In this document: positions 24,986 to 36,112 of the stretch, piece after piece
Numbering within the stretch: position 1 is the first letter of the stretch
How the letters are laid out: every line of letters starts with the position of its first letter
Position numbers and translations under genes: made by a program
Notes under the pieces: generated by a model
The model's input: the letters and a program-made list of their open reading frames with translations, nothing else
Told to the model about the DNA's origin: nothing
Database searches by the model: none
Source of the DNA: Guillardia theta CCMP2712
Lineage: Eukaryota > Protista > Cryptophyta
Length of the DNA stretch: 64,000 nt
Direction of reading: 5' to 3'
Assembly (NCBI RefSeq): GCF_000315625.1
Contig: NW_005434668.1
Coordinates: 180,938-244,937, forward strand

Positions 24986-25936
24986 AATAAGTGGAAGTGG
25001 AGGTAGGGAAGGAAGAGGGTAGAGAAAGAGAAGGAGGGATGGCGAGAGGGGGAGTGTTTTGCTCTGACATATGGGACGTCAAGATTGCGAACATTGAGGA
25101 GATTCAGCATCTGCGAGGGCTCAAGTACCTCCAGTGCCTCATGCTCTCTGACAATCCCTGCGTCGGCTCAGCGCCGGACAAGTACAGGAAGACGGTCATT
25201 GCGATGATTCCTCGGCTGTACAAGTGAGAACACGCGACTTGAGATCAGACGAGGCTGATTCGGCAGAACAGGTTGGACGGGGTCGAGATCACTAACGAGG
25301 AGCGGGAAGAGGCAGAATCTGCCTTTGCAGCATCTCCCATGATCCCTGCCTTGAACCTGCAGCAGATGGGCAAGCTCGTCAAGCCTCCCATCTACCCTTC
25401 TCAACAGGTCTCGCCCAAGAGAATGGAGGCAGCAGGGAACGAGAGGAAGGAGGGGTCTGGGAACACAGAGCGATCGCCTCGTCCTGCTTCGCCATTCCAA
25501 GATTCTCCTCGGCGCATTCCTGCCATGACGGGAGAGACCAGCAAGAATGTTCTTTCCGCCGTTCAGCTGTGAGCTAATTCTTCGTTTGTGATGCCTGTCA
25601 TTTCCATGGTTCCCCATTCAGTTCCCCCTGCCTCCCCTGCAACCCTCCTCTTTGCCTCCGTCCCCTTGATCTCTCCTTTTTCCCTCAACATCCTTTCTTT
25701 TCCCCACCCTCTCTTGATCGCTCCTCTTGCACATTCATCTCATCGAACTTTGGACATACTTTGATTGATACCGTACAGGCTTATAAGAGAGCTCAATCTC
25801 GATGGTGAGGAGAAACATTTGCATCAGGTTGTAGAGGCGGGGTTGAGGTTGACAACTTGCGACAGGGTTGATGATGTTGAAAACCGATATCGACTCCAGG
25901 ATTCGACTGGCGTTTCAAGCCAATGCTGGGTTGTGA
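24578..25936 (+). CDS. CFAP410: Cilia- and flagella-associated protein 410 (C21orf2)-like LRR protein, 7 exons
   Basis: Spliced MAVLNEELVLSKTKCKDLEHVRNLNVFGSDVEDVSILQKMPSVEVLSLSANKI...LQELYLRRNEI...LSDNPC...YRKTVIAMIPRLYKLDG (LRRs plus LRR cap), and the C-terminal NVLSAVQLLIRELN motif typical of this family. Confidence 0.9.
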
Positions 25937-26099
25937 AAAATATTGCAACAGACAGGTTGTTCCTATATGATTCTGGTGTTCTGTTCAACTAAACGAGTTG
26001 AGATCTTTATGAATTGAAGTGTGATATTATCAACAACAAAAGAATAATAAAATACAACATACATTACAGAAAAGAACCATCGAGCATGTTATGATTCGT

Positions 26100-26620
26100 C
26101 CTCAGGAATATCCTCTGGAACATCCGAACATGCTTGCTTCAGAAGAGTCGGAGAGCTGTAAGACCTGTTTCTAGTCCCAGCATCTAAAAACCAGTCAGAC
26201 TATTTCAAAAGAGCAAAGATTTGAGATTGATGAACAAATAGCTTCAGAACTTGTGAATCAGCAACATAAGTTCTCAGAAGACCCCACAAATTTGCAATCA
26301 TGAGCTATCCTGCGCTTTTGGCGCCCTAGGGAACATCCCAACATGAAAAGAAGCAACAATGTAGCACCTGCATCATTTTCATGGAAATCTTGTAATGGTT
26401 GAGACCAATGGAGTGCTTCATCAGTACCTGCAGCCGAAAGTCATTGGAAGGGAACAAAGCAACTCGAGAGAGGAGGTTGGAAACAGGTTTGCCCTCATGG
26501 AATTGTAGTCTAATTTGATGATGATCACAGGAAGTCACAACATTTTCATAATCTTCGGGCGTGCAGGAGTACAAGACTAGACACACAAGAGGGACACATG
26601 CTCACCCGTCAGGCATCAGC
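26100..26620 (-). CDS. Possible small multi-exon hypothetical gene
   Basis: Exon-like pieces (YSCTPEDYENVVTSCDHHQIRLQFHE; VLMKHSIGLNHYKISMKMMQ) flanked by splice-like sites; a full model could not be resolved. Confidence 0.3.
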
Positions 26621-26752
26621 TTCCCGCCATCGGCAGCCCTCGTTCTGGCGATGCACGTGCTGCCGCTTGATGAGCAAATAACAAATATTTCAATAAGCTA
26701 GTAATAAGTAATATTTCAATGAGCTGTATGAGGGGCCGTGGGTGCTGTATGA

Positions 26753-26820
26753 GTCATGAGCCGCCGTTGTAGTAATAACTAAAAGATCTAGTTATTATTA
26801 CTACATCGGCGGCTCATGAC
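26753..26820. repeat. Inverted repeat: 26-bp arms with 1 mismatch and a 16-nt loop
   Basis: gtcatgagccgccgttgtagtaataa ... ttattactacatcggcggctcatgac. Confidence 0.9.
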
Positions 26821-27132
26821 ATGACGTTGTAGTCTAGCGGGCTAGTCGAGTTTTAAAAACATATCCTGACGCCAACCGACGTGTTAAAGCGGCGTCTGAC
26901 GCCTATAATACAATAAAAATTAAGACTAAGGGAGCTATTCCATAGCGTGCGACATGAGAGCTATTCCCCATGGCGACACCCAACCGTTGCGACATGAGTC
27001 CTATCCTGCTAAATCGCATCCATTGACTCTCCGCTTCTACGGATTCATATCATCCACCCTCTCCGGAGTCTCCTCACCTCGGCTCTTCTCTCCTGCCCAT
27101 CCCCTCGCCACGGTGTACTCGTCAAGCTCCCC

Positions 27133-27823
27133 ATGTCCTCCTCGCCTCCCCCTGCCCTTCTCCCTCTCACCTTCTTCAACCCTCCCCCTCCCCCTCCCAC
27201 TCCCCCTCCTCCTCCCCCGCTTCTCTCCGTCACCGTATATGCTCGGGTCCTTAAAGACCCCTCCTTCGGCTCCCCTCGTGCCGTCCAGCTCACCCTCCCT
27301 CACCTCGCCCCCCTCTTCTCCATGCGCCAGCACGACGCCGCTCGCCACCTCGTACGTCCTCCCCTTCTTCCCTCTACCTTCTTGCCCTCTATCTTCCCCT
27401 CGCTCCTCCCCCCCTCGCTCCTCCCATCCTCCTAGCCCACCGCTTTCCCTGACGCCCCGTGTCTTTATGCAGGGCCTGTCCCTCACCAGCCTCAAGTCTG
27501 CCTGCCGTCGCCTCGGCCTCGCCCGCTGGCCCTACGACAGGAGCAGAGCAGCACGCATGGCCGGCGGCTCCCCGCCGTCTCCCTCCCCGCCCCAGCGCTC
27601 TCCCTCTGCGTCTATCTCGGGGTCCGAGACGCGAGCAGACTCGGAGGAGGAGATGGCCGGGTCCGAGCTCGGGCAAGAGGAGCAGCAGCCGCCGCTCGAG
27701 GAGGTCCGGCCGAGCCCAGGGGAGGAGGGGGCTTTCTGCGGGGAGGACGGGATAGGGGCAGAGGGGGGATGGGTGTCAAGGTTTGTGAGGAGCAGCGAGG
27801 AGGAGATGCTCGAGGACTGGTGA
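27133..27823 (+). CDS. RWP-RK domain transcription factor, array B copy 1 (intron 27352-27472)
   Basis: Spliced AVQLTLPHLAPLFSMRQHDAARHL|GLSLTSLKSACRRLGLARWPYDR; Pro-rich N-terminus and acidic C-terminus. Confidence 0.9.
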
Positions 27824-27899
27824 GGCAAGGGGCAGGAGGCGGGCTGGGGGCACAGATGCAGATCAGAACGATGGGGCATGCGACAGCGATAGATGCTCC

Positions 27900-28064
27900 A
27901 GACGCTGCTGCAGAGCTTGAGCAGTGTAGGTTACCTCGAGTGAGCTGATGAGATCGTGATGACGGTGTGCTTCTTGTGCAAGACGCTGCTGCAGAGCTTG
28001 AGCAGTGTAGGTTACCTCGAGTGAGCTGATGAGATCGTGATGACGGTGTGCTTCTTGTGCAAGA
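27900..28064 (+). repeat. 81-bp direct tandem duplication in the 3' region of the RWP-RK B1 gene
   Basis: agacgctgctgcagagcttgagcagtg...cttcttgtgca at 27900 and 27981. Confidence 0.95.
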
Positions 28065-28797
28065 TATGTAGAGAATGTACAACAACTCTTTTAAGAACAG
28101 AATAAACCTTCACAAACCTAAGCTACCTTGTACCTGGACAGCATCGCTGAATACCTTGTGCCGCCTGAGCCACATGGACTAGCTATTGTATACGAATCGC
28201 ACGGCTGCCTTTAGTGCTTGCTGTCTCTTTTCTTCGCTATCCATGCACAATCCGACTGTCTTTCTGTCACTGTCTTGGGTGTCCAGGTGTGAGTCTTCCT
28301 ACACACAAGTTCATGTATGGGGAGAGTTCAAGTTACTTGATTCACACTACAAGGATACATCAGGAGACGGGTCTGAGCTGTGGGAGGATGGGAGACTGTG
28401 ACGAGTGGCTCTTCTATCATGGACTTGTCTTGTCCCATTCAATTGGTTCAATCAATTGGATAGCTGTAGTTAACCCCTTGTAAATCTCACACTCTCACAC
28501 CAGGGAAAGACAATATCGGGTGGGACAGCAGTGAAGTGTTCTCATGGTTGAGAGCATCTTCACGTCTCTGACTCCTCAAGCTTGTCGAGGCAACAAACTA
28601 AAAGAGCTCGTCCATGTTGCCCTCCTCCATGCCTGAGTGCTTCATATCTTGCCCATTTCTTCCCGCCATGGGGTCACTTTCGTGGGAAATGGGGGGTGGG
28701 GGGTAGCTTGAAGCTTTTTGATTCCCTCTAAAACACTTGTAAAGAGATACGAGTGTCACGTGACACCCTCGACTGTTCCCTGCGAAGACATCGCGCC

Positions 28798-29472
28798 ATG
28801 CAAGCTTCGATCGTTTCCTCTCCTGCCTCCAACTCCATCAGCACCGACCCTCTCCCTCTCCCACAATCTGCTCCTCCTCCCCCTCCTCCTCCCCTGCTTC
28901 TCTCCGTCACCGTATATGCTCGGGTCCTTAAAGACCCCTCCTTCGGCTCCCCTCGTGCCGTCCAGCTCACCCTCCCTGACCTCGCCCCCCTCTTCTCCAT
29001 GCGCCAGCACGACGCCGCTCGCCACCTCGTACGTCCTCCCCTTCTTCCCTCTACCTTCTTGCCCTCTATCTTCCCCTCGCTCCTCCCCCCTCGCTCCTCC
29101 CATCCTCCTAGCCTGCTCTCCCTGACGCCCCGTGTCTTTATGCAGGGCCTGTCCCTCACCAGCCTCAAGTCTGCCTGCCGTCGCCTCGGCCTCGCCCGCT
29201 GGCCCTACGACAGGAGTAGAGCAGCACGCATGGCCGGCGGCTCCCCGCCGTCTCCTTCCCCGCCCCAGCGCTCTCCCTCGCGAGCAGACTCGGAGGAGGA
29301 GATGGCCGGGGCCGAGCTCGGGCAAGACGAACAGCAGCCGCCGCTCGAGGAGGTCCGGCCGAGCTCAGGGGAGGAGGGGGCTTTCTGCGGGGAGGACGGG
29401 ATAGGGGCAGAGGGGGGATGGGTGTCAAGGTTTGTGAGGAGCAGCGAGGAGGAGATGCTAGAGGACTGGTGA
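28798..29472 (+). CDS. RWP-RK domain transcription factor, array B copy 2 (intron 29029-29145)
   Basis: Near-identical to B1 from LLSVTVYARV to the stop; different N-terminus; lacks a 24-nt segment present in B1 exon 2. Confidence 0.9.
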   Translation: MQASIVSSPASNSISTDPLPLPQSAPPPPPPPLLLSVTVYARVLKDPSFGSPRAVQLTLPDLAPLFSMRQHDAARHLVRPPLLPSTFLPSIFPSLLPPRSSHPPSLLSLTPRVFMQGLSLTSLKSACRRLGLARWPYDRSRAARMAGGSPPSPSPPQRSPSRADSEEEMAGAELGQDEQQPPLEEVRPSSGEEGAFCGEDGIGAEGGWVSRFVRSSEEEMLEDW

Positions 29473-29552
29473 GGCAGGGAGGAGGATGGGCCGTTAAACA
29501 ATCACTGGATGTACTATAAGAGATAAACAACACACTAGCCTTACAAGGAGCA

Positions 29553-32451
29553 CTAGAGAGTAGCCTCAACGATGGTGTCAGCCCCCACCCCCTCCTCTTC
29601 GTCTCTGGGGTTCGTCATACGTTGGTGGACGTCTTCCACGTACCTCCTCATCAGCGCCTGGCAGGCCTCCGGTCTCGATGCCCTCGGGTTGTAGCTCTGC
29701 TCCACGCACGCAACGCCATTGACAGCGCGACATCGCAGCCACTCGCGGATGATGGACGCTTCGCTCCCCCGCTCCACGTCATACAGGTACTGCACCGGTA
29801 GCCGCTGCCCGTTGTGCATCGTGATGGGGAGGAGGATGGTCGTGGGAGTAAGAGGGTCCTTCTCCTCTCCGACCAGCCCCAGGTAGTGTCCGCGGACGTA
29901 GGCAAGAGCAAGGGGGTCCGTACAGCACTCGCTCTTATCCAGCAGGAAGGGGATGTAGATCCCCTGGTGACCTGCGTGTCCCAAGATCTCGTTGCGGTGG
30001 TTGCGAATGTTCTGGATTCCGTACACGATGATCGGCCTCCGGAGCAGGTGGGCCAGAGCCCACACGTGCGTCTGTTCCAACGACATCTTGGGGGAGCCAG
30101 CTATCCGTACGAGCTCGGACCACTCCTTCTTCCACTGCCAGTCCTCCGCGTGGTAACCCAACAGCGCCGCCTCCCTCGCTCTGAACTCTCTCCATCGGGA
30201 GTAGAGGTCGAACGTTTTCATCACACGCACGAGGGATGCTCGCCACGCCATGTTCCTGTCTTCGATCCCAGCCAGCACAAGAGAAGCGCTGTGCAGGAGG
30301 CAGTCTCCCATCCCTCCGTTGTAGAGAGGATGCAGCTTGTGCTGTGGCAGCAGCGCAGGGCACCAGTTGATAACCGGCTCGTTCTCGTCCTCAAGAGTCT
30401 CGCGCGCCTCGCAGTCAATGATCTCGTTGAGGGCACGAGTCCTGACGTCGTGAGGCAGAGTCTGAAGTTCGCGGGGAATGGCGAAGTTGAGCTGGAAGAA
30501 AGGCATGTCCTTGGTCAAACCCGAGCCCACCGAGAGCTCAAGGTTGGCGTTGATTTCCTTAGAGATGGCTGAAGCCTCCATGACGAACTGATGACATGGC
30601 AGCCTCTTGCGAGCACAATCAGGGACAACATCTGAACATAGCAGTTTGATGATGTCACTCCTCTGATACTTCAGCGCTATGTCAACAAGCGTTTCACGCG
30701 CACGCACTGAGCCCGAGCAGGCGACGATGTTTCCTTCCTCGTTCACAAGCGTCGCTTCCTCCGCCTTGAGGCGCCTCCCAAGTTCTCCTCCATTCTTGAC
30801 GTAGGCTATGATCTTGTCCTTCTCGCCCAAGACTGCCCCAGTGCACGCATCCAGCCAAAGACTGTCGAGGTCAGCACGAGGCTGCGACCTCAACTGATCT
30901 GAGTAGTTGGAGTCTCGGCTACAGATCTTCTTCTGAGGGACGAAGGTTTCTCCAAGGACGCATGCGAGCGCTTGGCTGCTATCTCGACGAAGCGCAATAT
31001 CCACTAAAGTCTCTCCCACCTGCGGCGAAGAGGTCACGAGATGAAGCGATCGACGAAAGATCGTGACTCTCACTCTCAAACAGCCGCTCATCTGCAGGTA
31101 CTCGATGTCCTGATTGGTTAAGGATCGGCTCCTCTCACCCCCAGCTTCTAGGTAGGCAGTGATCGGGTTGGTTGTGTTGTCGTAGGCGGCCAGACAAGCT
31201 TGAAGCCAAAGTCTTCTCAGCTGGTGATTGCCAACCGCATCACTCCTGCCTCAACATCAGCTCTTGCATATCTCTCACTCAAATCTGACCTGTTGTCACG
31301 ATAGTTGTAATCTGCTGCTATGTAAGGAATACCTGCTTGCTCACACTCTTCCTGCGTCTGCCGCAGGTCCCTCCCTTCACCCTTGTGATCGTTTTGTGTC
31401 TTCTGCGAGCCAAACAGCGACTGTTCCCCCACCTCCTCCTGCGCCCGTGAATTCACATCTGAATCCTTCTTGTCTGACCCCTCCGATACGTTGGCGAGGA
31501 CGAGAGAAAGAACCTTTCAAAGACCGGTCATGAACTTTTGGGTAACGTCCGAACCCTCACCGCCTCATTGTCCCACTTCAAAGCCAAGTTTGCTAGGGTC
31601 TCTCCCTCGTTGAAACAATTCGGAAAGTTCCTGCATGAGTTCGAGTCAAAGAGGACCCACCATAAAGCAAGCTCTACCTATTCAACTCCTTCGCTTCACT
31701 TGCAAGCAGTCTCCTGCTGACCGAGCCTCCTGATTCCAACATCATGAACCGCCAGTACTCATGTTGCACACGATCAACCTCCTCTGACATATTTCTGGAT
31801 GGGCATGAGATCGCTATTCATGCACGCCTGACATGATGCGTTACGAATACAGCCTTGTACACTGTCACTCAGAGCTCTACACACCAGGCAAGCTTCAAGC
31901 CAGAGTTGTCGCACGTCTTCCTTCCCCTGGGCATGTCTCAGACCTCGAGGAACACGTGGCATCTGGAGTACGGTGACAGTGGGCTGTGGCTGAATGGCGT
32001 CCTTGGGAAGGAGAAGTAGCAAGACGTCCTGCGGTAAGAATGAAACTCCATTTCCACCGGATGGAACTGAATCAAACCTGACTATCCTGTTGGAGGGCGA
32101 TGTTGACAAGATCCAGTCCTGGGGAGAAGAACTCCACGTCGTATTTGGCATTTAAGGTTGCTACTTCAGAATCCTTGCAACAGTATCAGGCAACAACAAA
32201 CAAAGGCAGCGAAGTTGCTACCCTCATTCTCCGCATCGCGTTGCCGCCAGCAGCCAAATATCTGATTCGGCTGTCAGTTCTCTTGCAGCGAACATACTCA
32301 AACAATCTACCTCTCGACAGGATGCGTCTCATTCCTCCATGCAGCCACGCAGGCATCAAGCCAGAAGTCCTCCATGCTGCAAGGGGCAGATGAGTGGGGT
32401 ATGAGGTTAAAACTTCACGAATTTGTGTAGAGCGAGCTTGAACCTGCTCAT
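29553..32451 (-). CDS. ZRANB1: TRABID/ZRANB1-like OTU deubiquitinase with four AnkUBD repeats
   Basis: A20-type OTU motifs VINW, LYNGGMGDCLLHS (catalytic Cys), SLEQTHVWALAHLLRRPIIVYG, GIYIPFL and PLALAYVRGHY (catalytic His). Upstream repeats of (F/L)WLxAC...Y..GG...R.L...G.TLV.IAL. Start tentative (MSS|MEDF). Confidence 0.88.
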
Positions 32452-33549
32452 GTTGAGAGAGGAGAGTTTAACGTTGCCACTTCACTTTAATGTCTGCATC
32501 TGGATGCAAGGTGTCAATGATGAACCAGCCATGCTAGGGTGAACTCACACACAGCAAGGAGGAAATAAACCGTGTAGAGGCAGGACAGGATGATTGCTGT
32601 GTCAACAATCAAAAAATGGTGAAGAAGGCCTCGCCGATCTGTAACAACTGAGAGCAATTAGAAACCAACAGAGATGTTGCTCAAAGTAGTAATCACTGGG
32701 ACTGTCTTGAATTCCAGACTTACGAAGCTGCTTTCAACCTGATTTTGCTTTTGTCCTCCCTGTCTACTTGACAACTCTCCCTTACTCCCTCGCATTCCTA
32801 AGCTCTCTATCTCTCCATCTCTCCTCCTCCCCCCATCCCTCTCCTATCTCTCTCCTCCTGCATCCTCCTCTCTTTTCTGAACCTCCACCGCCGTCAACAC
32901 ACCATCCCATTGCCCCTTCGGCCTCTCTCAGCTGCTGAATCAACCATTGAGCCGAAACAAGACTTTTTAGATAATAACTCATTAGTACTATCGTGGTGTT
33001 ATAAAGTTTTACAAAAAAAACAGATAGGTACTCTGCTGAGTGTATCATACAGTTGTAAATCAATATAATTAAATTAAAAAGACGGACTTATTGCTTGACC
33101 ATAACATAATGCTTCTATTTCGATAATAAGTAAAATACTTATGTACTAACTAAATGATAAAATGATTTAAAAAACATGAGGCGGACTCTGTGCAAGTCTG
33201 TCCTGGCTCCAGTCGCTGCAGGATGTCTTCACAGGCGATCCGATTCGAAATGTAGACAGAAGGAGCAAGAGTTGTTCCATTGATTTATTCATGAACGAAA
33301 TCTACACGAACTGTCCTACACATAACATCTCAAGATCTGAAATCCCCTAGCATAATACGCTTGGCAAGAAAATCTCAACATCCATAGAGATCAAACCATT
33401 AACCAAAAAGAATCTGAAGATATGATTTTCGATCTTTAGCAGCTTGATATCAGCTTGTTCACCCCAGCAAAGCAGCATGCCACCGTGCTCGCCAACCCCC
33501 CAATGAGCAAATTGAATGAGTTGACTGGCAATTTTCAGTTCCGGCAGAT

Positions 33550-36112
33550 TTATCCGCCCTTAGCAAGAACCTTAATCTTGTCAACACATTCTTGGAACTT
33601 GGTCTCCATGGTCTGCAGATCTCGGACCAAGACCTTGAGGCGCTCAGGCTCAGTGCGCATCTGCTGGACACGGGCAGCCATGTGCTGCACGTTGTTGTTC
33701 CTGCGGCGCTGCTGGAGTGTTCGGCGGATCAGCTCGACAGCAGAGCTCATGTCTTGTGCCGCAGCATCCTCCTTGGCAATCTTGGAGGTTGGCTCATCTC
33801 CCTTGCCACTCTTGAGACCGAACTGGCGGCGTCCGAGACGCTTGTACACACCATTCATGCGAATGAGCTCGTCGTGGGTGCCACGCTCGACAATGCGGCC
33901 ATTCTGAAGAACGACGATCTGATCGGAATCGACGATGGTAGACAAGCGATGTGCAATCACGATGGATGTACGGCCAACCATAAGTCTGTCCAAAGCCTCC
34001 TGCACAAGCTTCTCGTTCTCAGAATCGAGAGCAGAGGTGGCCTCATCGAGAAGAAGAATCTTGGGATCCTTGAGAACAGCCCTTGCAATGGCAATTCTCT
34101 GCCTCTGGCCTCCTGAAAGCATAACACCACGCTCTCCCACCTGAGACTTGTACGCATCAGGAATACGCATGATGAAGTCATGCGCATTCGCCATCTTGGC
34201 AGCCCTCTGTACGTTCGCCATGGTTGCTCCCTCACTTCCATACATGATGTTCTCCTCAATGGACATAGCAAACAGAACCGGTTCCTGAGAAACGAGACCA
34301 ATCTGCATTCTCAGCCACTGGGGATCGTATGTGCGGATGTCAACTCCATCCACAAGCACGCGACCCTTCTCAACATCATAGAAGCGCGAAACAAGGGAGA
34401 TGACAGTCGATTTTCCTGATCCTGAAGGTCCGACAATAGCCATGGTCTTGCCAGGAACGACATCGCAGCTGACTCCATCAAGAACCTCCGCATCAGGACG
34501 GGAGGGATAATGGAAATGGACGTTGTCAAAGGTCACACGACCCTCAATGCCATGGGGAGGGATGATACCACCATCGTAATTCACACGTGGAACACGGTCG
34601 AGCAGCTCAAACACACGCACTGAAGCACCAATAGCTTCCATGAACTGTGGGAAAATCGACAAAAGAGACTGGAAAGCGAACACAGTCTGAAGAGCGAAGA
34701 GCATGTAAGAGATCAAATCGCCAGTAGTGATCACACCAGCGAAAATCATCTGACCACCATACCAAAGAGCAAGCAAGATGCATGCATCAGAAGCCATCGA
34801 AGAGATTGCTCCCAAACCACCAGAGATCCATGCACGCTTCTTGGCAACGAAGTAAGACACATTGATCTTGTCAGAGTAGTTCTGAATCTCCGCCTCCTCA
34901 GTAACGAACGACCTCACAGTACGGATGTTGTCAAGCACTTCAGCAGCCTTGGAACCAGCACCGGCAAGAGCCGAAAGCTCCTGCTCAGTGAGAACTTTCA
35001 TGCAAGTTCCCTGAAGGAACATCACAATCAAGATCACTGGGGTGACCGACAGAATAACCAAAGTCAACTGCCAAGAATACCTGATGAAGAGAGTTAGATC
35101 CAATCTATGTCGATACAATGCAGATGCTCCTCACCAGAAGCAGATGACGAATCCAATAATAACTTGGACGGAGGGAATGAACCAGCCAACCAAGTTCGAA
35201 GTAACAACAGACTGGATAACTTCCGTATCGGTCGAAAGACGATTGAGGAGCTCTCCAATGCGGACAGTGTCGAAGAAAGCCACATCCTGGCGAAGCATGT
35301 TTCTCAAAACCAAAGACCTCAGGCGGCAAGAGCAACGGGAAGCTGCAATCGTGTACAGGACCCCCGAAAAGAGAGCCAACAATGCATCGGCAATGTAGAT
35401 GGCCAAGAGCACGAAAGTGATCCAGTTAAGCTGGTCTTGACGCATCGACAAGTCGGAGAAACGAACGATGTCAACAAGCCACCCGACGAAGAAGTTCTGA
35501 GACATGTTAAGGAAGGCACAAATTGCCGAAAGGAAGGTGGCGGAAATGACCAAAGGGAGCTCAGGTTTGCCGAAGCGCAGCAACCTAAGAGGTGTAATCT
35601 GCTTAGGTTGCTCATCTTCCTGCTCTTGCTGCAAAGCATCACGTCAAGACTCAAGTCATAAATTGGAGAATTCGCACTACCTGAGAGAGCTCAACATCGG
35701 TCTCTCCTTCATCCTGGGAGTATTCCTTCTTCTCATCACGAGACCAGTCGGACTCAGATTCACTCTGGCCGACCTTCTCGTAACGCTGGAATCGAAGTCA
35801 GACATCTTATTGTTCCAGGATAGCACAAGAAAAATGCATTTCGGCATCAAAATTCCATACATTGTCTGGATTAAACAGGAGGAAGCAACATTTACATCAA
35901 CTCGTCGCTTTTAGAGACAAAGGATCAAAGGACAAAAAATGCCACGAGACCGAACACTTTCCTCGTGCACAATTTTCGTTTCCAACATCAACAAGTGCAA
36001 AAGTTGTGAGGATGGGGAACCATATCCAATGGTATGAGAAAACTTCTCGTTCTATGCATTGTCTCTCCCCATCGGCGCATCTCACCTTCCCTGTCTTCGC
36101 TTCGGTCGGCAT
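33550..36112 (-). CDS. ABCB-family half transporter (TMD-NBD; TAP/ABCB10/ABCB27-like)
   Basis: Walker A GPSGSGKST, Q-loop VSQEPVLF, signature LSGGQRQR, Walker B ILLLDEATSALD, H-loop IAHRLST; TMD motif QDVAFFD...GELLNRLSTD. First exons MPTEAKTGK|RYEKVGQ...ELSQ|QEQ. Confidence 0.93.
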
